Positions 25,253-33,915 of a stretch of 45,574 bases of DNA are shown one piece after another. Positions within the stretch are counted from its first letter, which is position 1, and the number at the start of each line of letters is the position of its first letter. The stretch is taken from IMG/VR virus record IMGVR_UViG_3300045988_139688; one strand, given 5' to 3'. The notes beneath the pieces were generated by a model that was not told the DNA's origin, searched no databases, and was given only the letters and a program-made list of their open reading frames with translations. A program made the position numbers and the translations under genes. The stretch comes from a virus.

Positions 25253-25989
25253 GCAGCTATTTGGATGGCATCGTAGACATATCAGAACTGGGTCAACATA
25301 AACTCGTCGTACTGTATGGTAAATCCAATACAGGCAAAACAGAAGTCGGTTCAACATTTCCGAAGCCAATGTTGTATGCTTGTATAGGGGATGATGGTTC
25401 TAACACAATTCAAGGCAAATCAGGCATCAAAGCAAAGAAGCTGAATAACCTTGATGAATGTAAAGGTTTTTTGAACGAGCTTGTTAAGAAGAAATCTGCA
25501 GGATTTTCATCAGTGTTCATTGATACATTTTCGATGGTTACCAATATTTGGATTGATGAGAATGCTGTTCAAAAGAACAAAAAGATGACCCAACAGATGT
25601 GGGGTGACTTAAAGACTGAGACCGAAGAGCTCATCAGGTTGGCTCATAAGCTAGCCAATTATTGCTGGGTGATTTTGAGCTGTCATGAAGCAACAGATGT
25701 AATCGAGGGTATGGAAGATGAGATTTTGCCAGATGTACGTCCATCTACAACCAAAGGTGCAAGAACCTATTTGGAGGGTATGGCAAACTATGGTTTACAT
25801 ACAACTCGGCTTGAAAAATCTGTTATCAAAGACGGAGTCGAACAAACAGTTGTGCGATATGCAGCACACATTGGTCCAAACCCATTTTATTGGACTAAAC
25901 TACAGATATCAAAGGGCATAAAAGTGCCGAAGCTTGTAATTAATCCAAGCTACGAGAAACTTATTAAAATCATTGAAGGAGGACATTAA
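25249..25989 (+). CDS. Sak4-like RecA-fold ATPase (AAA_24-type annealase)
   Basis: Walker A VVLYGKSNTGKTEV and Walker B-like VFIDTFS. Position between the exonuclease and SSB is typical. Confidence 0.75.
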   Translation: MSSYLDGIVDISELGQHKLVVLYGKSNTGKTEVGSTFPKPMLYACIGDDGSNTIQGKSGIKAKKLNNLDECKGFLNELVKKKSAGFSSVFIDTFSMVTNIWIDENAVQKNKKMTQQMWGDLKTETEELIRLAHKLANYCWVILSCHEATDVIEGMEDEILPDVRPSTTKGARTYLEGMANYGLHTTRLEKSVIKDGVEQTVVRYAAHIGPNPFYWTKLQISKGIKVPKLVINPSYEKLIKIIEGGH

Positions 25990-25991
25990 TC

Positions 25992-26678
25992 ATGAGCAGA
26001 AGAAGAAAGATTGATATGACAAATGTTGAGTCATTTGTAAGATGTACAGAGGGTGAGCATATTGCTAAGCTCGTTGAGGTTCAGGAAAACACAACTCAGG
26101 CAGGAGATGACATGCTTACTTGTGTATTTGAAGTTATCAAAGGCAGCAGCAAGGGTGCAAGAGTGTACGATAATTTTGTTTTGACAGACAAGGCTCTGTG
26201 GAAACTGAAACAGCTGCTTCAGGCTTTCGGCATCAAAGCAGATGGTAAGATTGTTCTTGACCTTGATAAGCTGGTTGGAAAGATTTGTAACATCACAGTG
26301 TACCATGAAGAGTACAACGGCAAGCCCAAGGCAAGAATTGATGAGTATACAGTTATTGAGTCTGCCGATGATGAAGAAGATGAAGACTTCGATGAAGATG
26401 AGGACGAAGAAGTTGAAGAAGAGAAGCCTGTTAAAAAACCAGCTAAATCTACAAAACCAAAGACCAAGAAGAAGCCTGAGCCTGAGCCTGAAGAGGAAGA
26501 GGACGATGATGATTGGGATGAGGATGACGACGAGGAAGAGGACACTCCAAAGAAGCCTGTGAAAAAGCCAGCTAAGAAAGCTACAAAGCCAAACAAGAAG
26601 AAAACTACAACCAAGAAGCCTGAGCCTGAAGATGATGACGAGGATTGGGATGATGACGAGGATTGGGAGGAAGACTGA
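25992..26678 (+). CDS. DUF669-type phage single-strand DNA-binding protein with long polyampholyte tail
   Basis: The N-terminal about 125 aa form an OB-like region (FEVIKGSSKGARVYDNFVLTDKALWKLKQL). The tail alternates acidic and Lys/Pro blocks and ends DDDEDWDDDEDWEED. Confidence 0.65.
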   Translation: MSRRRKIDMTNVESFVRCTEGEHIAKLVEVQENTTQAGDDMLTCVFEVIKGSSKGARVYDNFVLTDKALWKLKQLLQAFGIKADGKIVLDLDKLVGKICNITVYHEEYNGKPKARIDEYTVIESADDEEDEDFDEDEDEEVEEEKPVKKPAKSTKPKTKKKPEPEPEEEEDDDDWDEDDDEEEDTPKKPVKKPAKKATKPNKKKTTTKKPEPEDDDEDWDDDEDWEED

Positions 26679-26684
26679 GTAATT

Positions 26685-26712
26685 CAAGGGGTGTAAACAC
26701 CCCTTGATTTTT
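26685..26712 (+). terminator. Intrinsic terminator/attenuator ahead of the modification block
   Basis: CAAGGGGTG-taaa-CACCCCTTG followed by ATTTTT. The RBS of the next gene follows immediately. Confidence 0.6.
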
Positions 26713-26726
26713 AAGGAGGAAGTCAT

Positions 26727-27725
26727 ATGGACTTATACAAGATTCCTGGAGATACTGGTGGAGATTGGAGACTTCAGAAATTTGTAGAATATCAACACGA
26801 AGTTCCAAGCATACATTACAGGGTATTGGGTGAGTACATAAAAAAATACCAAATCAATAAAAACAGAGCTGTTCTTATGTGTTGGTATATGTCTTGCACA
26901 TATAACGAAGTAACATGTGTATTGATGAATGAATTGATTAGCCCTAAGCTATTAAAAGACAAGACTTATGTCAATAAATTCTGGAAACAATATAAGGCTG
27001 TTCTTGATTTTGGGTCAAGCCGAAAGTACGCTAAGAACATGGACTGGATACCAGAGTTATTGCCTGAGTTCTTCAAACATGTACGAGGGAAGCCCTATGA
27101 TTGGCTAAAGACATTTCCTGATGGCAAGATTGGGTATTCTCAGATATATTCAGAAATTTCTAATCTCAAATATGTCGGAAGATTTGCTACTGATTTGTTT
27201 ATGGAATCCTTGTTGTATCTAAATGATTATTTTGGAACTAACTACATAGAACCAGAAAAACTCGATTGGAAGAACTGCAGTAACCTTACATCTGGTTTGC
27301 TTAACATCTTCTATAAGGATGAAGAAGCAAATTTGTTTGATAAAACTCACAAACTGCCTGTAGAAGAGGATTTGCTTAATGAGTATCTTTCTAAGGTCAA
27401 AGATGCAATATATCAGACTTATCCTGAACAAAGAGATGATGGTATCAATTTGTTTGTTGGAAAGATATGTAGCTTTAGGAATTTGTTCAAAAATTCAAGA
27501 TACGGAGGGTTCCATCATGATAGAGAACTAGGGGTGCTAAAAGCTTATGAGAAAGCTCTTCCTGAGTATTCTTATCTTTGGAGAAGATTCTATGGGCTGA
27601 GACGAGATATGTTTCCCAAGCACCTACTGGGTGAGCTAAATGGCTGGAACGGAATTAGAAGGGAACGCAAAAAGTTGTTTCTCTCTCAAGGACTTACAGG
27701 AGTAGAGATGAATGACCATGAATAG
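26727..27725 (+). CDS. All-helical orphan coupled to the P-loop kinase (candidate 5-HMUDK helical module or aGPT-Pplase-like transferase)
   Basis: 332 aa with an AAGGAGG RBS. It ends 10 nt before the kinase start and has no enzymatic motif I can name. Confidence 0.4.
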   Translation: MDLYKIPGDTGGDWRLQKFVEYQHEVPSIHYRVLGEYIKKYQINKNRAVLMCWYMSCTYNEVTCVLMNELISPKLLKDKTYVNKFWKQYKAVLDFGSSRKYAKNMDWIPELLPEFFKHVRGKPYDWLKTFPDGKIGYSQIYSEISNLKYVGRFATDLFMESLLYLNDYFGTNYIEPEKLDWKNCSNLTSGLLNIFYKDEEANLFDKTHKLPVEEDLLNEYLSKVKDAIYQTYPEQRDDGINLFVGKICSFRNLFKNSRYGGFHHDRELGVLKAYEKALPEYSYLWRRFYGLRRDMFPKHLLGELNGWNGIRRERKKLFLSQGLTGVEMNDHE

Positions 27726-27735
27726 GAGAGTTGCT

Positions 27736-28362
27736 ATGAAATTTATTACAAACAGGGTCATTGTAAATATCAGGGGAACAAACGGCTCTGGAAAAAGCTC
27801 AATCCCATTGAGTATGTTAGATGACCCAGAGCAGTTTATAGTCAAGAAGCCCTATAAAGGCAAGCAAATCAAGATTTTGACTGTATTTCCAACATATAAC
27901 TGGGTTGCTTTAGGAGCTTATGAAAAGGGCAAGACTTGTGGTGGAATGGATACATTACCTAACAACGAATTAACACAAAAGGCTTTTTGGTATGCCCTCA
28001 GAAAATATCCTGAATACAACTTGTTGATGGAAGGAATTATTGCCTCAACAATATACTCAACATACGCAAAGCTTTTTGCAGAAACTCAGACAAAATACCC
28101 TGACACAAAGGTTGTTGTATTGCATTTGACCCCTGGATTACACACATGTCTAAAACGAATACAAAATAGAAATGGTGGCAAGCCTATCAAAGAAAATCTT
28201 GTCGCAGATAAGATTAAGGCGATTAACCGAGCTGTGGACAAGTTTGAACCAGAAGTCAAGGTTATTAAATGGAATAACACAGGTTCCATGAAGAAATATC
28301 GGCACCAGAAGTTGATTTATCAAGTTGAAGAAATTATTGAAGACAACATAATCCCATTTTAA
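27736..28362 (+). CDS. P-loop kinase (candidate 5-hydroxymethylpyrimidine DNA kinase)
   Basis: ATG 27736 after AGGAG. Walker A IRGTNGSGKSS and Walker B-like NLLMEG. About 208 aa; distinct from the Tmk-like kinase downstream. Confidence 0.5.
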   Translation: MKFITNRVIVNIRGTNGSGKSSIPLSMLDDPEQFIVKKPYKGKQIKILTVFPTYNWVALGAYEKGKTCGGMDTLPNNELTQKAFWYALRKYPEYNLLMEGIIASTIYSTYAKLFAETQTKYPDTKVVVLHLTPGLHTCLKRIQNRNGGKPIKENLVADKIKAINRAVDKFEPEVKVIKWNNTGSMKKYRHQKLIYQVEEIIEDNIIPF

Positions 28363-28378
28363 TCAGGAGGATACAGCT

Positions 28379-28546
28379 ATGAGAATACGAAGTTCTGAAT
28401 ATAAAGCCCTAAAAGAGTCTATTGAACTCATCGCAAAGGGAATAATCAAATCTGCTCAGGTGTCAGAGAGCATTAAAGCCTACAAAGTTCCACAATCTAA
28501 AGGCTACACAATAAGGATTGATATAAGGGTCAAAAATGATGAGTAA
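28379..28546 (+). CDS. Small hypothetical protein (55 aa, below the track cutoff)
   Basis: ATG 28379 lies 8 nt after CAGGAGG. Peptide MRIRSSEYKALKESIELIAKG...RVKNDE, stop at 28544..28546. Confidence 0.5.
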   Translation: MRIRSSEYKALKESIELIAKGIIKSAQVSESIKAYKVPQSKGYTIRIDIRVKNDE

Positions 28547-28650
28547 ACCTATCCTGTTGCATTCCGAGCTATTAAAGACCAATTTGTTTGGAAATTTTGG
28601 AAGCAACAAGTAAAAACGTAACATAGACTAAATTAAGGAGGAGTTCTATT

Positions 28651-29133
28651 ATGCTGATAGTTCTTGAAGGCTGCGACGGAAGCGGAAAAACAACCATTGC
28701 AAATTTGATTGCTCCGCTTATCGGAGCAGAGATAATCCATTGTACAGCTGAGACACCAAATACCTATGAGTGGTTTATTGGAATCTTGGATAAATCCAAG
28801 GAAGTAAACATAATCGCAGACAGATTCTGCTATGGGCAATTCGTATACCAAGACCCTTGTGACCGAAGTTTGAATGAAGTTGCATTGAGAAGTCTTGAAA
28901 GCATGCTAAAAGCAGCAAATACCAAGGTTGTTTATGTTGATGCTGATTCAAGAATCATAAAACATAGGCTCAACAAACGTGGAGAATTAACAGAGATACC
29001 TGTAGAAGAGATACAACGACGCTATAGGCAAGTGTTTACTGAATCTACAATGGATGTTTATGTAATCAAGACTGATGAACCGAGTATGTGCATATCTAAA
29101 TTTGCACAGAGAGGAGGATTAAACCATGGTTAA
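28651..29133 (+). CDS. Thymidylate-kinase-type dNMP kinase
   Basis: MLIVLEGCDGSGKTT is the Tmk P-loop signature (EGxDGxGKTT); 160 aa. Confidence 0.75.
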   Translation: MLIVLEGCDGSGKTTIANLIAPLIGAEIIHCTAETPNTYEWFIGILDKSKEVNIIADRFCYGQFVYQDPCDRSLNEVALRSLESMLKAANTKVVYVDADSRIIKHRLNKRGELTEIPVEEIQRRYRQVFTESTMDVYVIKTDEPSMCISKFAQRGGLNHG

Positions 29134-29830
29134 TTCTAACATTGTAATAACAGCTAAGACTGCTAATGAGGCTTGGGAACAATGGTGGACCATTCTTCAA
29201 ACAGATATACCTGAGCAGCCACAAAATTCAAGAGATGGAGCTGTGCATAACGAGGTCTTAAATGCAGTTACAATCATTGAAGACCCTACCAGAAGCATTG
29301 TAACCAGCTCAATACGCAAAATGCCAATGAGATATGCCATCGGAGAAATGCTCTGGTACCTGTCTGGCAAATCAGAGCTTTCGGAGATACAGAAGTACAC
29401 CAAGAACTGGGATAGGATGTCAGACGATGGAAAGACTGTAAATTCCAACTATGGCTGGTGTATCAAGCACAAATATGGTTTTGACCAATGGGAATTTGTG
29501 AAGCGGTTACTTACAAATGCCCCTGAGACTAGGCAAGCAGTCATCCACATTAAAACAGCCGATAATACACCTAGCAAGGATGTTAATTGTACAGTTTGCT
29601 TACAGTTCTTCCTTCGGGATGGAAAGCTATATCTGACAACTTACATGAGGTCTAATGACCTCTGGATGGGCTTTCCATATGATGTATTTCAGTTCATGAA
29701 CATGCAGGTTTTGATGGCTATGGAACTGCATGCTGACCTAGGCACGTATACCCATATAGCAGGGTCTTTACATCTATATGAGAGAGATTTTTTGAAGGCT
29801 TTGGACGGCTCAAATGTAGCTTCTAGGTGA
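29126..29830 (+). CDS. ThyA-family pyrimidine deoxynucleotide hydroxymethylase (Asp at the Asn177-equivalent position)
   Basis: IGEMLWYLSG, NSNYGW, catalytic Cys in VNCTVCLQFF, and YMRSNDLWMGFPYD. Cys-to-Arg spacing of 20 is the same as in E. coli ThyA. Confidence 0.75.
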   Translation: MVNSNIVITAKTANEAWEQWWTILQTDIPEQPQNSRDGAVHNEVLNAVTIIEDPTRSIVTSSIRKMPMRYAIGEMLWYLSGKSELSEIQKYTKNWDRMSDDGKTVNSNYGWCIKHKYGFDQWEFVKRLLTNAPETRQAVIHIKTADNTPSKDVNCTVCLQFFLRDGKLYLTTYMRSNDLWMGFPYDVFQFMNMQVLMAMELHADLGTYTHIAGSLHLYERDFLKALDGSNVASR

Positions 29831-29838
29831 CTTGTCCT

Positions 29839-30189
29839 ATGAAACCAATTATGCAAAAGGTACTTGTAAAGGTACTGAGAAATGGAGACATTCGTTGGGT
29901 TCATTTTTCAGCTGTGCCTAAAGAACTGTATGACAGCTTCTTTAGGCTCACTGAGACTGAGCCGTTGGATTTGAACGCATACTTGTCTAAATGGTGTAAA
30001 GAAGATTTTGATACATCCTTGAACATGGGTAAATACGATGACATTTATCACCTCAAGCTAGCAATAAACGAAAGATTTCAAGCTGAATATGCTGAACTAT
30101 ACGGAGCAGCAGGAATGCCTGAAATCAGGGGCTGGGTTCGAATGTGGCTATCACAGCATATGAGAGAGGAGATTGCAAAATATGAATGA
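29839..30189 (+). CDS. Hypothetical protein
   Basis: ATG 29839 lies 8 nt after AGGTGA; 116 aa. Confidence 0.6.
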   Translation: MKPIMQKVLVKVLRNGDIRWVHFSAVPKELYDSFFRLTETEPLDLNAYLSKWCKEDFDTSLNMGKYDDIYHLKLAINERFQAEYAELYGAAGMPEIRGWVRMWLSQHMREEIAKYE

Positions 30190-30514
30190 TGTAACCAACA
30201 AACTACGGATTATAGCAGTTGATTTTGATGGAACTCTTGTCTATGACAAATTCCCTGATATTGGTGCACCAAGAGCCGAAATATGGGATAAAGTCAAAAA
30301 AGAACAGCTTAATGGTTCAAAAATCATCCTGTGGACTTGCAGAAACGGGGAAGCCCTTAAAGCAGCAGTTGAATTCTGCATCAACCGAGGACTACATTTT
30401 GATGCTATTAATGAAAATCTTGATGAAATCAAGACTTTATATGGGGGAGATACCAGAAAGGTATTTGCTGATGAATACTGGGATGATAAAGCTCTTTATA
30501 TGGGAGGGTTGTAA
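30182..30514 (+). CDS. HAD-superfamily phosphatase-like protein
   Basis: Motif I IIAVDFDGTL (DxDGT); small single-domain size (110 aa). Confidence 0.55.
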   Translation: MNDVTNKLRIIAVDFDGTLVYDKFPDIGAPRAEIWDKVKKEQLNGSKIILWTCRNGEALKAAVEFCINRGLHFDAINENLDEIKTLYGGDTRKVFADEYWDDKALYMGGL

Positions 30515-30889
30515 TTGGCACTTGAGAAATCCATAACCAATTCCATTATCGCATTCATTAAACGACAAGGCGGTCAAGCTGAAAAAGTTATGGGGACAGC
30601 AGTCCAATCAGGTAGACCTGACATAAATGCTTGCTATAAGGGCAGATGCTTGAGGATTGAGGTCAAAACACCTGACCACAAGAATACTGCAAGCAAGAAA
30701 CAATCCATGAATTTGGCACGTTGGAGACGAGCAGGAGCAATTTCAATGACTGTATACAGTAAACAAGCAGTCATCTACTTTCTCATCTGTTATTGCCAAG
30801 GAGAAACAGGAATACTGACCTACAGTGAATCTAATGGCTGCTTATCCATAGCAGACATACCAGAATTGGAGAGCTATGAAAAAACCTAA
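30515..30889 (+). CDS. VRR-NUC domain nuclease
   Basis: TTG start 6 nt after GGGAGGG. GRPDINACYKGRCLRIEVK matches the D...ExK nuclease core. Confidence 0.7.
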   Translation: MALEKSITNSIIAFIKRQGGQAEKVMGTAVQSGRPDINACYKGRCLRIEVKTPDHKNTASKKQSMNLARWRRAGAISMTVYSKQAVIYFLICYCQGETGILTYSESNGCLSIADIPELESYEKT

Positions 30890-32312
30890 GTACATATTCA
30901 AAACAACACCTTGGGAGCATCAAATCAAGGCATTGAATTATCTGTATCAAAGAGATGTGGCTGCACTGTACACAGATATGGGTACGGGTAAAACCAAGGT
31001 GATGATTGACCTGATAATTAATCGCAGATTCAGACGAGTTCTAATCACCTGCACTAGCAAAGGGTGTGACGTGTGGGAACGAGAGTTTAAAAAACACTCA
31101 GACTTACAACCAGAAATTGTCCTAAATTTGTCGGGAGTACCTACCCCAAAGAAAGTATCAACCCTAAAAAGTCCTTTTTATAAGCAAATTTTGAACAACA
31201 AAATGAACACCCTCATTATCATATGTAATTATGAGAGCGTTTGGAGAGAGCCTTTTGCCAGTCTATTGTTAACTAAACGACTTGGAATAGATTGTGTCAT
31301 CTGTGATGAGAGTCATCGTATTAAATCTCCTGGTAGCAAGTGTTCAAAATTCCTAACTAAGATTGGTAAGCGTGTACCATATCGATATTTGGTAACAGGT
31401 ACACCTCTGGCGGAGAACCCTATTGACATATATGCTCAATATCGGTTTTTAGACCCAAAAATCTTTGGTACTCGTTTGTCAGATTTTCAAGACAGGTACG
31501 AGAATCTGGATGCTGCAAGAACAATGCAAGTCGGTTATCGAGTACTGGACTCAAAACACCCTTACAAGAATTTAAACGAGTTGCAAGAAAAGATGTTTAG
31601 CTGTGCATTTAAAGCGGAAAGCTCACTCAAGCTACCAGCTCAGCGGAATATCTGTATCACATTCAAAATCTCTGCTCAAGCCGAGAAAACTTACAAGGAG
31701 TTAACAAAAGAGGGTGTCTTGGAATATGACGAAGGCACAATCGAAGTTGAAAATGTTTTAAACCTGAGTCAACGTCAACAACAAATCGTTTCAGGGTTTA
31801 TTCCTGTAATGTCTGATTGCAACGAGATGAACTTTATTGACATTGATAAAAGTCGCACCGAAGCTTTGGAAGAATTGCTGCAAGGTCTGTCTAAAGAAGA
31901 GCCTGTGGTAGTATTTGCCAGATTCAAAAGAGACCTCAAAAACATCAAATCTGTTTGTCAAAAGCTTCATCGAGGTTACTCAGAGCTTTCAGGCAATCTG
32001 GACACAGAAGCAGATTGGCAAGAGGGGAAAACCCAAATTCTTGGAGTACAATATACCTCTGGCTCAGAGAGTGTAGACTTTACAAAAGCTCGTTACTGTA
32101 TATACTACAGCTACACAACCAGTTTAGCTCAATATCTGCAAAGCAAGAAGAGGATACACCGTCCAGGTCAAACAAGACCTGTTGTATATTACCATATAAT
32201 TGCTAAGCTTCGCCAAGGTATATCAGTGGATGAAAAAATTGTAAGAGCCTTGAAAGCAAAGAAAGATGTTGTTGATTTTTTGATGAATTTTGAACAAAAA
32301 GAAAAGCCCTGA
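30876..32312 (+). CDS. SNF2-family DEAD/H helicase
   Basis: Motif I DMGTGKT, motif II VICDESHRIK, and C-terminal helicase motifs (QYLQSKKRIHRPGQ). Confidence 0.85.
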   Translation: MKKPKYIFKTTPWEHQIKALNYLYQRDVAALYTDMGTGKTKVMIDLIINRRFRRVLITCTSKGCDVWEREFKKHSDLQPEIVLNLSGVPTPKKVSTLKSPFYKQILNNKMNTLIIICNYESVWREPFASLLLTKRLGIDCVICDESHRIKSPGSKCSKFLTKIGKRVPYRYLVTGTPLAENPIDIYAQYRFLDPKIFGTRLSDFQDRYENLDAARTMQVGYRVLDSKHPYKNLNELQEKMFSCAFKAESSLKLPAQRNICITFKISAQAEKTYKELTKEGVLEYDEGTIEVENVLNLSQRQQQIVSGFIPVMSDCNEMNFIDIDKSRTEALEELLQGLSKEEPVVVFARFKRDLKNIKSVCQKLHRGYSELSGNLDTEADWQEGKTQILGVQYTSGSESVDFTKARYCIYYSYTTSLAQYLQSKKRIHRPGQTRPVVYYHIIAKLRQGISVDEKIVRALKAKKDVVDFLMNFEQKEKP

Positions 32313-32329
32313 GACATCTCAGGGCTTTT
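32302..32329. terminator. Bidirectional intrinsic terminator between convergent genes
   Basis: AAAA-GCCCTGAGA-ca-TCTCAGGGC-TTTT. Confidence 0.75.
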
Positions 32330-32343
32330 CTATTGCTATCAGA

Positions 32344-32748
32344 TTAAAGAAGTTCAATCTTGTTAGCAAATCTTGGATTTTTAGAATTTGTCTGAACAAA
32401 AGAAGAATCAAATACAAGAAGACCTTTCTTGGTTGTTACATAATAGAGGGTGCCAGAAGATGTTGCAGTGAATTCTCCGATTACCATTCCTGTAAAGGCT
32501 TTGAGAATAACTCTTATTACCTTGGGTTTTGACTTGCTTATTGCCTTTCGAGCTGCTTTTGCACTTTCAAGCTTGCTGTTGTACTTGTCACAGTCCTCAT
32601 CAAATTTGTCTTCAGTAGAAATGAATCTTATCTTGTAACCATTTCTTTTGAGGTCAGCTTCGAAGCTCTTTTTGCTTGAATAATCTTCTCGTGTAATCAC
32701 CTCAAGCTTGTTAGTGTCCTTATTCCTTACAGATGCTACATATTTCAT
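32344..32748 (-). CDS. KAFTGM-domain protein (paralogous domain 3 of 3), monocistronic with own early-type cassette
   Basis: 134 aa. C-terminus RVILKAFTGMVIGEFTATSSGTLYYVTTKKGLLVFDSSFVQTNSKNPRFANKIELL. Confidence 0.8.
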   Translation of the reverse strand: MKYVASVRNKDTNKLEVITREDYSSKKSFEADLKRNGYKIRFISTEDKFDEDCDKYNSKLESAKAARKAISKSKPKVIRVILKAFTGMVIGEFTATSSGTLYYVTTKKGLLVFDSSFVQTNSKNPRFANKIELL

Positions 32749-32803
32749 ATTTATACCTCCAAGTGTATTAGAGCTTTGTGCTCTTGTTTTTTCTTACAAG
32801 TAT

Positions 32804-32868
32804 ATTATATTACTTTTGTAGCTTGAAATAAAGTATTTTTGGTAAAATAATTATTAACAAATTATAAA
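32804..32868 (-). promoter_or_regulatory. Conserved promoter cassette, copy F (minus strand)
   Basis: The reverse complement reads gtttataatTTGTTAATAAttatTTTACcaaaaaTACTTTATT-tcaagctacaaaagt-AATATAAT. Confidence 0.6.
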
Positions 32869-33447
32869 CTATTTGTACTTTTTATGAATGCAGGATTGAA
32901 TCTCAAGGATGTAGTTCATGTCATAGCCTACTGCCCTAAGCTTTATCAGATATTTGTATATGGTTTTCAGCTCGCAGGTTACGTCTTTAATCAAGCAATC
33001 CACTTTAGCTGCATCTGCCATATTGCCCATTTCACAAAGGGCTTTCGAATAGTCCTCATAACAGTGCTTTGTCTCTTCTTCCCAAGTTTTGTAAGCTTCA
33101 AAAGAGGATTCAACATATTGCTTACGCAATTGAGCTGTAACATCCATTCGAGTATAGTTGTACCAATCTTCAGGTACAACTGAAGCAGGAGCTTCTGAAT
33201 TACAGTTCAAAAGCTTATTGTGTGTAGACATGAAGTAGTGCTTTGTCTTTTGAAATTCCTTGGACTCCTCACAGAATTGATGGTGGTGCCAGCGTTTGAA
33301 ACCTGCAAGACCAAGAAAGTCATACAAGTCTTTCATCTTGTCATGAAACATGAGAGCTTTGACCTGACGTTTTCCAACCTCTTGAAAAATTTCTGTACAA
33401 GTCATCTCTGATACAGGTTTAACAGTGTTAGTTGTATCAATTACCAT
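32869..33447 (-). CDS. Cys-rich helical protein with ferritin-like helix pattern (orphan operon gene 7)
   Basis: 192 aa with 8 Cys. DLYDFLGLAGFKRWHHHQFCEESKEF resembles the ferritin/Dps helix B region, but the canonical ExxH ligands are not evident. Confidence 0.6.
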   Translation of the reverse strand: MVIDTTNTVKPVSEMTCTEIFQEVGKRQVKALMFHDKMKDLYDFLGLAGFKRWHHHQFCEESKEFQKTKHYFMSTHNKLLNCNSEAPASVVPEDWYNYTRMDVTAQLRKQYVESSFEAYKTWEEETKHCYEDYSKALCEMGNMADAAKVDCLIKDVTCELKTIYKYLIKLRAVGYDMNYILEIQSCIHKKYK

Positions 33448-33465
33448 TTGTATTCCCCCTCGAGC

Positions 33466-33888
33466 TTAGCACTCACGAGTGATAAACAGATTAGCTTGAG
33501 ATACAAGGATGTCTGCTGCAGAGTTGTTCTTGATTGAGATTGTTACAGATGAGCCACACGGAACTTTGACAAGAACACTGGAAGATACATTGAAATATGC
33601 ATCAGCAACTGTTGGAGTTACAACCATTTCACTTCCTGAGATTGTTTCTCCTGTGTTTGTAATGTCAAGTGTAATTGGTGCAGCAGTAGTAGGGTTTGCT
33701 ACATTAGCATTGAACCCAATCTCATAAATTCCTGGTTTAGTGATTGTAAAGAGACCGCTTCCGAGGTCATGAGAAAGCCAGCCATCACAGCAAGGCTTGC
33801 AGGAATTTGTTCTAATTCTGTCTGTTGCGAAGGTAACGTTTTGTGTTGCTGCTACAGTTTGTACAGCTGCATTTACTGAGTTAATCAT
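33466..33888 (-). CDS. C1q/TNF-like (BclA C-terminal-domain-like) beta-sandwich protein with N-terminal Cys motif (orphan operon gene 6)
   Basis: ATG 33888 lies 9 nt after AAAGGA (MINSVNAAV...). SCKPCCDG is followed by ITKPGIYEIGFNANV...ISGSE...VKVPCGSSVTISIKNNS...ANLFITREC. Confidence 0.55.
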   Translation of the reverse strand: MINSVNAAVQTVAATQNVTFATDRIRTNSCKPCCDGWLSHDLGSGLFTITKPGIYEIGFNANVANPTTAAPITLDITNTGETISGSEMVVTPTVADAYFNVSSSVLVKVPCGSSVTISIKNNSAADILVSQANLFITREC

Positions 33889-33915
33889 TATAATCATCCT
33901 TTCATTAAATACAAA

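Noticed and set aside
26031-26726. 231-aa and 131-aa minus-strand ORFs, and a 106-aa plus-strand alternative-frame ORF, over the SSB tail. The same applies to 23776..24165 and 23881..24141.
   Set aside because: These are mirror or alternative-frame artefacts of GAA/GAT/AAG low-complexity coding sequence. The annotated frames have ribosome-binding sites and recognisable N-terminal domains.
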